Source: Saccostrea cucullata
Taxonomy: Eukaryota
Length of the DNA stretch: 64,000 nt
NCBI RefSeq assembly: GCF_032062105.1
Contig: NW_026920771.1
Location: forward strand, 1-64,000
Reading direction: 5' to 3'
Of this stretch, positions 49,891-61,856 are shown in pieces. How positions within the stretch are numbered: position 1 is the stretch's first letter; each line of letters starts with the position of its first letter. A model generated the notes under the pieces. The model was not told the origin of the DNA, did not search any database, and was given only the letters and a program-made list of their open reading frames with translations. Position numbers and translations under genes: made by a program.

Positions 49891-52026
49891 TAGTCAGGAA
49901 GACAGGTGATCCTAATGCCCACAAAAGAGAGGGATTATGAAGATTAAAAATTAACTTCATATCTGTAGCTATGTGATACATTAAAACACACACAGTCTAT
50001 TTACATAAGTCTAATAAGTCACAATGAAACATTTGCTTATAATATGAATGAGTAAGTGTGTCAGGACGAAGGCATCTGGGTGGACGGATAAGGATTTTAC
50101 CCCCCCCCCCCCATAATCTTATTAATCTTTATGTACCTAAATAATCCGACTGCCTGTGTGTCTGTCTGTCTGTTTTTCACAAAACATAACATTTTTAGCG
50201 GGCGGGGCAATATGGCTATAATTTCATATTTCACAGGTGTATTCATTATTAATTGTAATAAAACTTCTCTTCAGGTACCAAACATTGACTTCCGAGTTTG
50301 ACAGTTTTACAAAAATCACCACACTTTACCCACCTTGGCCATAAAGTATAATCATTTGTGCTAGGGTTTTCATATTTCACATGTGTATTTATCGTGGCAA
50401 TTTAAGACAAAAAAATATTTGACCTATTGACCTTGACCTTAGAATTTGACTTATCAAAAAGAACTTTAAGCTTGACCGTATAACTTTTGAACCGTTATTA
50501 CTAGGGTTTTTATATTTCATAGGTATATATTTCTTGTGACAAGACCATCATTTGGGCGATTCCATTAATTTGACCTTTATTTTAACCTTGACCATGGAGT
50601 CATTCGAGAAACTTCAACCCTCGCCATCAGCTGATCAGTGTTTCATAAATACATCTTGGAAGGAGAAAAAGACTTAAGTTCAACACTTCATGAAGGAAAT
50701 TCATTTTTTAAAAATAAATATAGCTACCCAAGTTTAATGTAATATCCTGGTTTGAACAGTTCGGAACTCTTTTATAATAGGCTTCGGAACCGGGTGGAGG
50801 GGGGGGGGGACTTAGCCACCATCCCCCCACTTTTTTTGCAAATATAGACAATTTCTATGCATTGAAAATTGGTGTTTACCTTTTTTGTTGGTTTAGCCCC
50901 CCCTTTTTAAATTTGCTTCCGATGCCCATTTTTATAACGTGTAAACTGTCCCAAGGCAGGTTATACAGTAAAACGTGGACAGCTGTATGTATTAATTTCA
51001 TTCCGTTAGTGACATATATGCAGGTCAACACAATGTTTTTATTAATTAACAATGCTGTACCCTAACCAAACAGAAAACCACGAACCATTCAAACACGTAT
51101 CTCGCAATTACATGTATTATGTAAACGATATGATTTGTGTATGTGTACTCGGTGTTTGTGTGTGTGTGTGTGGGGGGGGGGGGGAAGGGTCTCTTCAACA
51201 TTTTTGGAGACTGTACATTTTTGATTTGATGATTTAATTTAATGAAATTAAATGTTCAATGAAAGTCCCCTCCCATGTTTTTAGATCTTAACATCCCATC
51301 TAATAACATTTTGGTTTTAGAAAACTCTTCTCTTTCTCCGATGGGGAAGGTCTATTCAAAGTTTTTTTTTTCCAGATATAATTTTTCAATTTTTATCATG
51401 CTCCCGTAATCGATTCAGAGATTGGGGGGTATATGTTTTTTTTTCCCCTGTCCGTCCGTTTGTCTTTTTGTTTGTCCGCAAAAACTTTAACCTTGCTTAG
51501 GGTACCACCAAATTTTACCTTTTGACCTTGACTCTCGAGTTTGACACACTTTAAAAAATACCACATTTTTGCCTTGGCCATAATTTTTGAACAGCTAGTG
51601 CTAGGGTTCTCAAAAATTTACATGTGTATCCATCGTGACAAGTCCTTTCAATGGGTATAACTGCTTTTGACTTTGACCTTTAATTTTGACCAACTTTTAC
51701 AAAATTTTGCTTTAAGCTTGTTCATAACTTTTGAACAGCTAGCACTAGGATTATCATATTTCATAGATGTGTTCCATATGAAAAGTTGTTTTTTAATTTG
51801 ACCTTGACCTTTGTAAATGACTTGCATCTGAGAAAATTAGCGTATCCCTTATGATGTCCCACCCACCCTTTTTTTTAAAATCGATCCCATAATTATACAT
51901 GTACGCTCCTGACATGTAATGTTTCAACATTCTACTTTGCACCGATAATCGAAAATCGAATTAAGAATTCCAAATTAACACAATATAATGATCAAGCAAG
52001 TGGCTTGCATGTGGTGATTTGCATAA

Positions 52027-52985
52027 GGCCAGATAAAATTAATCTTTAGATTCTCATCCCCGCCCGCCCCTCTCAAAGTCTCCCGCCCCGGCATTTTTTA
52101 TTTTGATATTTGGGTGTTAATAAAGGCATTTTCATGTATTTTTATTCAGTAAGAATTTGGGTGAAGTTTAAGACTTATCTCCCGTCTGTATTAAAAGTTG
52201 TGTGTCGCTATTTATAGCAAAAGAGCCATGTGAAGAATGGAGAAAAATCGGCAATAAAAGCAGTTTAAATATGTAAGGAAAAGATTAATTTCAGTATAGG
52301 GAAGGCAGAGAAAAAATAATAGCATAAACACATCTAGATACCATCACTGGCATGAGCAAGTTTTAAAGATTTTTTAAAACTGGGTATAAAAATAGACATG
52401 GAAAATGACACCTGGTCAAGTTGTAACGATCTCCAACTGTGTGTGATTCTGGTTTGAAAAAAGAAATAATACATCGTAGGCAGACTTTAGAGAATGTTTA
52501 GTGCTAATTAAAAAAATTGTTTACCTTGGTTTTTTCAGTAGGATATATATATTTTATAGATTTTGTAAATATGACCTATTTTGAACATTTTTCAGAAAAC
52601 AGAGGGATTTATAGGTAAAACTAAAAGGTATTTGGGGAAAGGCCGATGAGAAGTCATGCGTACAAAATTTATTGGTATCAGAACTCCACCTCATTTTGTT
52701 TTGTTTGTGCCATATATGTGTACTTGATAATTTGTTAATTAACAATAAATATCTAATGATTTAAGCAAGAATTTTCTTTAAATACATGAAATATTTAAAA
52801 GAATATGAAAAAATAAAGTCTATTCATATTGGCATTAACTTAGGGGAAAAAATGTGTACGAAGATTCCATGTTTTGTTGATACTTACAATTTATCAATTA
52901 TAAAAAATAAAAAATAAAATCCGCCCACCCGCCCCAATTATTTAGCAAATTAGGATGAGAATCTAAAGATTAATTTTACTTGGCC
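52027..52985. mobile_element. PIF/Harbinger-type MITE
   Basis: TAA|GGCCAGATAAAATTAATCTTTAGATTCTCATCC ... GGATGAGAATCTAAAGATTAATTTTACTTGGCC|TAA. Confidence 0.88.
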
Positions 52986-53700
52986 TAAAGGAGATAAGCG
53001 AACATAGCTTTCAAAAAGCCTATAGTTTTAGGTATATAAAAACTATACTGATTTTGTGAATTTAGTATCAAGAGTTAAGTTCTCAATATTGAGATAAGAG
53101 TTTCGCTCATCATGTTCACTCATCTTCTTACGCAAGCCAATTGCTTGCTCATCACATCATGAAACCAAAAACCTCTGACATTTATTTATTGATTATATTT
53201 ACATGCTTTACACGCATTTTATTCACGTACATTCATGTGGTAGACAAGCCTCTACTTCTGTGTATCTTCGTGGAGCCGCCCTACCAAGGATTTTGTAAAC
53301 CTCAGAAGCATTTTCTAGAAATCGAATGTTTTTTACAGTTTGTAGTTTTATCTCGGACAAAGAAATATCAAATATAAAAACTTATTCATTGAATCATATA
53401 ATAAAACAATTATTGCTTATTTTTGGTCAATACGATGATTTAGCTACGTTCGAAGAACAACATTCACATCGCTCTTCGGACTCCGTAAATATTGTACTCA
53501 TCGGGTGTCTAAAAGATGTTTTGACTTAAAAACCACCAATATTTGTAAAGTATTACAATAAAACAGAAAGACAAATAAAACTTTCCAATAGCATCTATTT
53601 CAATAAAATATATACATATTTAATACAAAATCAAATGATGACTCCAAAAAATAAACAAAAAATATGAACAATTTCTCAGATTCATTTTTCTAAGACAAAT

Positions 53701-56693
53701 TCATTTCACTCCAAAAAACTTCAACACACGAGTTCTCATAGATCTCTTCTTTGTTGGGAATTCCTGCAGAAGAAAAAATAATCTATGTTTGTACAAATAT
53801 ATTTGAAATGTATTTAAAAAACAGCTACATGTATAAATAGAAACGTTTTATACAGAATTTTAATACTTTTATCAATCTCATTATACTATACCTTTTCTGT
53901 ACCATGTGCATGTTTGTCCTCAAAACTTCGCATGCACGGAGGCGGCTTCGGAATGGACATCGTTTGATTTGGCATATCATTCTGAAAGATCGAAATGAAG
54001 TTATTGCTTGAAACCCTGAAGTATATTTGTGTCTCTCTGAGGGAACGTAAAAATTAAATCAAATGTTTTTTTTTCTTTTTTTTTTTTTTACTTTAGACTG
54101 ACCTTGAAAGTATCCACTTTGAAAAGGAAAAGTTTCCGCGGCACAAACATTTCGTCACCATCATCATCATCATCGTCTGCTCTGCACTCTAAATTGGATT
54201 TCTTTCAAATAAAATAAAATATGACAAGTTAAGACGTAGGAATTAAGCTCATTCAAAAAAGTTTGTAAGAAATTATAAAACTAACTTTCAATTTCTCAAA
54301 TATTTTTTTTATATTATTTTGATTTTCTTTAGACTTCTGTTTAAGATTACCAATTCTTCTATCAGAAGACTTAGGACCAATAAAAAATAAATCATTATAA
54401 CGAATTCAACAATTCTTTTAAGAATGTTCTTGCAAGTCAAAAATTCAAAAGCAATTAAGGTGTATATCACAGAAATAAAAATCTTTTTATGTACTTTATG
54501 TTCAGGTAACTACCACAAGCTCTTTGTGAAGTGCCTCCATCATTTCTATTTTTCTGTCAATATCTGCACGAATGAGGGCCATATAATTTGTCTTTTTGGC
54601 AACTGTTTCCTATTATGTAAAGAATAAATGCTTAGAAAGTTTTAAAAGAGAAGTGGAAGTCTGTTTGAAACATTTTTATTAATTGTCTTAAATAATCAAA
54701 TTAAAAATCTTAAAATGTTAAGCTATTTATATTTCAGCTCTCACTATGTGAAATGGATTAATCAAAGTGGTATTACACTCAAGTTGAACATCAAATCGTT
54801 TTAATTTGACATGTAGAAATATAATTGCATAGATTAGCAATTTTAAATCCATTATACATTATTGGAATCATCAGTTATAACTAAAAAGTTGTATTACTAA
54901 CTCACCATACATTCCTGCAGAATTTTGCTTCTAATACCACGCACAGTTTTCTTTCTTTGAGCTTCCACCTTAAAAAAGTAAATTAAACTATAAAGGATAA
55001 TTTTTTCAGCGACAATGATTGGTTTATGCCAGTATCAAATGAAATCCATGGGGTCATATTGATAATTTTATCATCTTAATTAATGAATTTTACACACCTC
55101 AAGTTCTCTATGAACTGTCTTCATTATCTCCCTTTTACGAATCATGGCGGCATGAATTTTCTCCTTCTCGCTCGATTTTCTGTCTGTAGTGTCCTAGGAT
55201 AAGTATATATCAGCTTCATTAAAAAAAAAAAAAAACAAACTTGACTTTCCGATTATGGTGACCTAGGATACGTATATATAATCAATACATTTTAAAGTAC
55301 TAGATAATTTTAATTCATGTAAAGTTTTCTTAAAATGCACACAAATTAGTGAGTACCACATACCATCAGTTCTTTATGGATTTCCTTCATCATTTCACTT
55401 TTCTGCACCATGGCAGCATGAAGTTTGCTCATCTCGCTTGACTTTCGTTTCATAACGTTCTGGAATAAGTATACATTCATTACATTTCAAATTTAATGTA
55501 TTTTTTTCACTGGTTATAAAATGTAAATGTATTAAGGAGTAATTTACCATTAGCTCTCTGTGGATATCTCCCATTATCTCCCTTTTCCGCATTATATCAT
55601 CCTGTAATTTTCGCATCTCACTGGATTTTCTGGTTATGGTGTCCTATGATAAGTATGTATTGGTTATATTTTGGTTTCATTATAGATAACTTGCTTCATG
55701 TAACTGTTTAATTAATGTATATTAATTAGTGAGTACTACGAACCTTTAGTTCTCTGTGTACTATTGCCATTTCCTCCCTCTTTCTGGTCACATCGGATCT
55801 TATTTTGTCCATCTCTTTTGACTTTTTGGATATCACGTCCTATTTAATTAATATATTCATTACATATTTTGGTATAAAATTTGCATATAATTCACTACAA
55901 AGTTAAACAATTAATAATTCAGTTGAATCAAGGATTGATTGGGCGAATTAAAATAAAATAGGGGTGGGGGCCTTCTCATTCCACTGTATCATTGACATAT
56001 TTTCAATATTTATAAATTATGCATAAAACTCCTTGACAATTGATATATTTCACCCATGGTTGAGACATCATATGTAATTATCATCATTGTATTTCTTTTT
56101 TTTTTTTTTTTATTTTTATACTTACAATCATTTCTTGGTGAACTTTTCGCATTAAAGTTTTCACAGTCTTCTTTCTTTCTTTTTCCTGTATCTCCATTGC
56201 CTTATAAAATAAATACATGTAAATTACAAACGAGGATTCTGCATGGGAGAAGACTTGATGCACACGAATAGTGCCTATATTTAATTACATGTAAGTATTT
56301 CATAATATATGATAAACAATATTATACTATTGAATAGTAAAGGAAAAAAAAATGAACAGAAATTGTCAAGAATACAAGATATTAAGTACCTCCAATCTCT
56401 CTTGCCTTTCTACCTCTTCATACCAATTATAGTTAAACTTTAAAATCTCCAGTTTGGTCTCCTAGAATTAAAACAAATAAGACTATCAAGTATAAACAAA
56501 AATAATTAAAGCATAAAAACATTTCTTTAGATATTCACAAAATTAAAAAAGATATATATGAAAGAATTGGACAAAGTGACCAAAAAATTCCATCTATCAA
56601 ATTCTATATGCATTTAATTATCACTGACAAAGAAACTAAAAGGTTTACGCTTACCCCCTTGTCACTGAAATCAAGTATTTCACTGTAGTCCAT
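53701..56693 (-). CDS. Unrecognised 326-aa charged, probably coiled-coil protein; 12 coding exons, all phase 0, five of them 96-nt paralogous exons
   Basis: Exons 56693-56655, 56461-56390, 56200-56126, 55839-55744, 55643-55548, 55459-55364, 55193-55098, 54968-54906, 54609-54514, 54201-54103, 53981-53892, 53763-53701. All are AG/GT bounded and stop-free (981 nt). Translation runs MDYSEILDFSDKG...RTRVLKFFGVK*. Confidence 0.8.
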
Positions 56694-56738
56694 GATAAAT
56701 GTTGCTAAATTCTATAAAAGAAATTATAAAGTAATGTA

Positions 56739-57597
56739 CAGTCGCACCTGCTGTTACGGCCACCCTTAATCAGCGGCCACTCCTCATGAGCGGCCAGTTT
56801 CAATCCCGCCCGTTCATTTTTTCACTATATTTTAACTCATTTAAGCGGCCACCTGTCTAACGCGGCCAGTGGCCAGTGTTTTTAGGTCCCGTTCGTTCAA
56901 CATGCCTGTTTTCAGCGGCCATTTTGACTGTTTTGTCACATGACTCAGACACGTACCTCGTATCCTCATACGAAGCCAAACATGAACAGCTGATAATGAG
57001 TTAATGACCAATAATTGCAGGTGTAATTTGAATTCTATCAGGATTTAAGGATTTAATTAATATGATTAAATGATTTATTGTTAAAAGATTTTTATAATAT
57101 ACAAAGTAAGTTGTTGAATATTTTCATAATATATTTAACTCAATATATAGGCTACTACAATTTCGCCTAATCAATTTCTCACATTTAACCTTTTATGTTA
57201 TATAAATAAATATATATCTAGAAAAACTAAAAAAAAAAAAAAGCTTAACACAGCATCAGGGAAATGCTAAGTTAGAACATTTTTTGATTTCCTGTGATGT
57301 ATACAAATTCTATGGCTGTAAAATTAATTTACCAATACACACAAAAAAAAACAATAACAGATTTCTTTCAGAAATTCATGTAAAATGAAATGTAAAGGGG
57401 ATTTCATTTGACTTTTAAAAATTTCCCAAGTTTTTAAATGTGTTAAATTGGATATGGATACGTGTGAAAATAAATACACAACCGTGGTCTCATTTTTTTT
57501 TTATTCATTGGTTTGAAACCTGGAATAAGTGGCCACCTGTCTTAAGTGGCCAATTTGTCATTCTCCCACGAGTGGCCTCTTAAAACAGGTTTGACTG
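56739..57597. mobile_element. Tc1/mariner-type MITE
   Basis: TA|CAGTCGCACCTG...GGCCAC / GTGGCC...CAGGTTTGACTG|TA, with internal gcggccac repeats. Confidence 0.8.
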
Positions 57598-57779
57598 TAT
57601 TACATATCACTATAAATTTTACTCAGAAATCTAACGCGTCAAATTAACCAAATTAAACAAATATTGCATACCTGTAATATTCACAAACTGATCTGCTTTC
57701 TGCTTAGTTTCTTTGTTTATGGTGATGATTGTGACGTCAACTAAACGTCAAACATCTATTACGTCACAATATCACAAAA

Positions 57780-58609
57780 GAGCAGACATATGCCCCCGCA
57801 ATCGAAGATTCTGGGGTTTATAGTTTTTGCCCGGTCTATCTGTCTTACTCTAGCCGTTCGTCTGTCTATCTGCTGTTTGCAAAAACTTTGTTCTTGCCCA
57901 TAACTTTTTAATGAGTGCCAAAAGATTTTCCCTACACATTTCAATGTAAAAAATGGGTTCCATTGTGGCCCCGTCCTACCCCTTGGGTTCATGATTTTAA
58001 CAATTTATAATCTAAACTACCAAAGGATGCTTCCACGTTAAATTAAGTTTTTCTGGTCTGGTTCTTGAAAAGAGATTTTTCCTATATATTTCAATATATA
58101 TATCCAATTTTAAACTGGATTCCTTTATTGTGGTCCCGCCATACCCTGGGGTCATGATTTTAACAACTTAGAATCCACATCATGCATGCAAAATCTGTTA
58201 CAAAAGGTTTCTGTACGGTTTCACAGAGTCCTTGAGGTTAAACAAAGATGAAATATAGTAATCAAATGCCTCTGGAAACAATACAAATCTAGAGAAAAAA
58301 GTTTCTTTTGTTTTTTGAAAACAATTTTGTTTCAATTTGAATGAAAAAAAAAGAAGCATTTATTTAATGTTTTGAAATATCCCAGGGTGCTTCCTGAAAA
58401 GAAGATTTTTATCTATTTTTATCTTTTCTTGAATATCTCCTCTTGTAAGGGAACTTGACTCTTCATTTTTAACAATTTAACCCCCCCCCCCTTAACCCAA
58501 GGATGTTTTGTACCAAGTTTGGTTAAAATTGGTCCAGTGATTCTGGAAAAGAAGTTGAAAATGTGAAAAGTTTAAAAACAGACAAACGGACACACGCCGG
58601 ACAATGGAT

Positions 58610-58641
<32 letters not shown>

Positions 58642-59900
58642 GGTGACGTAAAAAGTACATAAAACTTCAAGATCAAAGGTCAAAGTTGTTGGTACTCAAG
58701 GGAAAATCTGCACTGAATATGAAAGCCATTGAAAAGTGATTTCCAAGGTTTTATTTTGTCAAAAGTAGGTCAAAGTATGCCCCAAAGACAAGGTCAAAGG
58801 GACTAAATTTTGGTACCAGAGGGATTGTCTTCTCATACAAGATGTGTTTGTGAAACATTGATGCCCCCGTATGGCAGTTTACAGTGTATGACGAACATTT
58901 CAGCTTTTCCAATGCAAATAAAAATCCAAAGTCAAGGTCAAGGGGTCAAAGTTGTTAGTATCTAATCATAAGGAATACATCAATGAAATATGAAAGCCCT
59001 AGTACTAACTGTTCAAAAACTATGGCCAAGGATAAAGATTTCAAAAAATTAGCCAAACTCTTAGGTCAAGGTTTAAAATATTTAAACCTATTGAAAGGTC
59101 TTGTCACAATGAATAACAATATAAAGTATGAAATCCTTAGCTCCAACTGTTCAAAAAACACATATACTGTAGATCACTAAATTTTGGCGACATTTTATTT
59201 CTCGCGAGATAGTCATTAACTCTTTATTAACGAGATGTAATTTTCACGAGTTGTGGGTGTTCCTCTAAATAATGATAAGGAATATTATTATAAAAAGTGA
59301 TTTACAGTAGGTTAAAGTTTAAATTTTTTGCAAAAGTGGGTCAAACTTCAAGGTCAAGAAGTCAAATTTGGTAGAGCCCGAAGAAAGATCTTGTCTCAAG
59401 GAATATACCTGTGAAATATGAAAGCCAAATCCCCACCCATTCAAAAGTTATGGGCAAGGTTTAAGTTTTTGCGGACAAACAAACATACAGACAAACGAAT
59501 GGACAGGGCAAATACTACTAGTAATCATCTGAATCTTCGATTTCGGGGGAGGGGGGCATAAAAATAGGGTCGTGAAAAATGAAACTACTAACTCAAACTG
59601 TTCAAAATTTATGACCAAGGTTAATTTTTTTTTTTAAAAGACGGCCAAGCTCCGACTTCAAGGTCAATATGTAAAACATGTTTAGATGGAAAAGTCTTCT
59701 CACAAGATATACACTATGAAGTTGAAACACTAACACCAAAAGTTATATATAAAATAAAAGCCAAATCTAAATTTTAGTAATGTCTTAATTCTTGTTAATT
59801 CTTATGACAAGCTCTTTCATTGAGTACCAACTCTTGATCTTGACCTTAGAGTTTGACCCTTATTTGCAAAATGTTATCCTTGGTCATAAAATTTGAAAGA
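57780..59900. mobile_element. Cluster of degraded Helentron/HINE fragments
   Basis: Units similar to the 10822-12689 element, ending in ctcaggtga near 58645, plus aaggtcaaggtca-type repeats like those at 50150-51810. Confidence 0.6.
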
Positions 59901-61306
59901 TGTGTGCTAAAAAATTGATTTGTACTGTCTCGTACATACCGGTATCAATTTAGACCGACAGAATGAGATGTATATTGGATCTAAACGTACATGTACTCTC
60001 TTTCCCTTTAAAAATTGAAGAAAATCGTACATGCATAACTTGTTCTGACAAAAAATGCACTTGAAAGTCAAATCTTACATCATTTTGTAAATTTCTTTAA
60101 GTTTATTGATTTTTCTATGGAAATTCACCCCAATTTAGATTCCTGGCGCATACCTTTTACCTTTACACCCTAATCTACATAAGGAAATCAACTTCACTAA
60201 CAGTAACCCTATCCAACATTCTTTGGACAGATTAGTGCATCCTAATTACATGTCCTGTGAACGAGATATATATACTCACTGAGATGGTATGTCGTGTGAA
60301 CGAAATGTTGTAGTCACACCTCATGCAAATAAAAAAGTTTGTTATAAAGAATTACATCTTTTTGAAATACCAGTAATTTAAGAAACTTTGCCTTCATATT
60401 TCTCAGAATTCTAGAAAAAAGAAAGCATAAAATTTTGGAGGAAAATACAGATGAATTAAATTAAGTAATAGCAGTTTTTTTTAAATAAAAGACGGATTAA
60501 AAAGGAATGCTCGTACGTTTACATTATTGTTCTGTTATGTACCTAGCTGTTAGTGTGTGATATAATTTTCATAGGCGCTTGATTTCAGGACGATGTTTTT
60601 GTGTATTGTGCATTTCAATAAACTCATCAAAGTAAAGATTTGAAAAATATTTTAAAAAATATTTAAAATACTTAACGTTTCTTAAAAATATCATATTCCT
60701 ATAACAGCTGTTCATAAAAAGATGTAGATTTTTAAAAAGACATATGCTAATTTCAGCGATTCTTATGACATATTTAGACAGACGAAAAACACACAAAGCA
60801 CAAATTTATCATTATAAAAATATTTCCATTTATAACAAACGAGTTTCAAGTTTTCATTTCTGTTTTAATGATAAAGACCCTAATGAGCTGTAAATATCAA
60901 AATTATAACATAGAAGCATGAACATATGATGAATGCATGAATGAGTGACACTAACGCTAGTAGTAGAAGTGGCCTAGTATAAAATAAATTTATAGATCTT
61001 ATAAATATGTTACACAGTAATTTTAATTGTTATTATTAATTTACTACTGACAATAAAATTTTGCAAGTCCAAAAATGACTTCAGTGTCTTAAAACAAATC
61101 ATGAAATTCGATAACATTAGGGTTAGCATAAAAACAATTTGAACATGTTTATTTTCCCGTCCTTTCTTGAAAAAAAAAAGCTCACTCCTAAAGGTAGTAA
61201 TTTATCTTCTAAATTGTTAGAGGAATTAAGATAAAAAAAATTCAATCACTGAATGCACGGGGGTAACAGAAATAAAACCTATAGGTTCCGACGCTGAAAT
61301 TCGATC

Positions 61307-61309
<3 letters not shown>

Positions 61310-61346
<37 letters not shown>
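61310..61346 (+). repeat. (GA)n microsatellite upstream of the last gene
   Basis: About 18 perfect GA units. Confidence 0.95.
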
Positions 61347-61348
<2 letters not shown>

Positions 61349-61753
61349 ACTCCCCTTTGCAGGTTTTCAGAACGCGGAGTCTCATTTACATCCTTGCCAG
61401 CGCATGTAAACAACGGACTCGGCAGAAAGCGTGTGGACTACAGACATGCCACTGTTGCCGAACTTTAAATGGGATGTGCCTTTTCTTTGACGCAGACTTC
61501 TTCTATGCAATGGGATGAACTGAGAAAGAGAGAGTTTTGATGTCCCTGTCTGGCGACAAGGATGCACATTGATTTTACAGCGAGGCATGAACAGGTTCAC
61601 ACACGCGAAAATTTAAAGCGAAAACTGTTGAAAAAAAACTTTGAAAGTTTTAAACATCATTTAAACAAAGTGAAAAGTGTATTGGAAAACTTTAATTACA
61701 GTGTTAAAATGTGAAAATTAATAGCTTTTTCTCGTTTTGGTGGGTTTTGATTG

Positions 61754-61856
61754 ATGACGAGAATGGATAACGGTGCAGCGGTGCTGAGTGTGGTGCTTGT
61801 GTTCATTTCACTGATCGCGGGTTCGAATCCACAATCAACAAATAGTTCCATACAAG
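61754..61856 (+). CDS. First coding exon of a secreted or membrane protein (signal peptide); the gene continues beyond this exon and probably beyond the window
   Basis: (MTR)MDNGAAVLSVVLVFISLIAGSNPQSTNSSIQ is followed by a phase-1 donor caag|gtttgt, with a CpG-richer 5' region. The product cannot be identified. Confidence 0.55.

Noticed and set aside
54351-54370. Possible 19-nt microexon in the orphan gene
   Set aside because: It is not needed, because the flanking exons join in frame in phase 0, and its acceptor is weak.
61815-61832. GGTTCGAATCC B-box suggesting a tRNA gene
   Set aside because: It lies within the signal-peptide exon, and I could not see a cloverleaf or a matching A-box.
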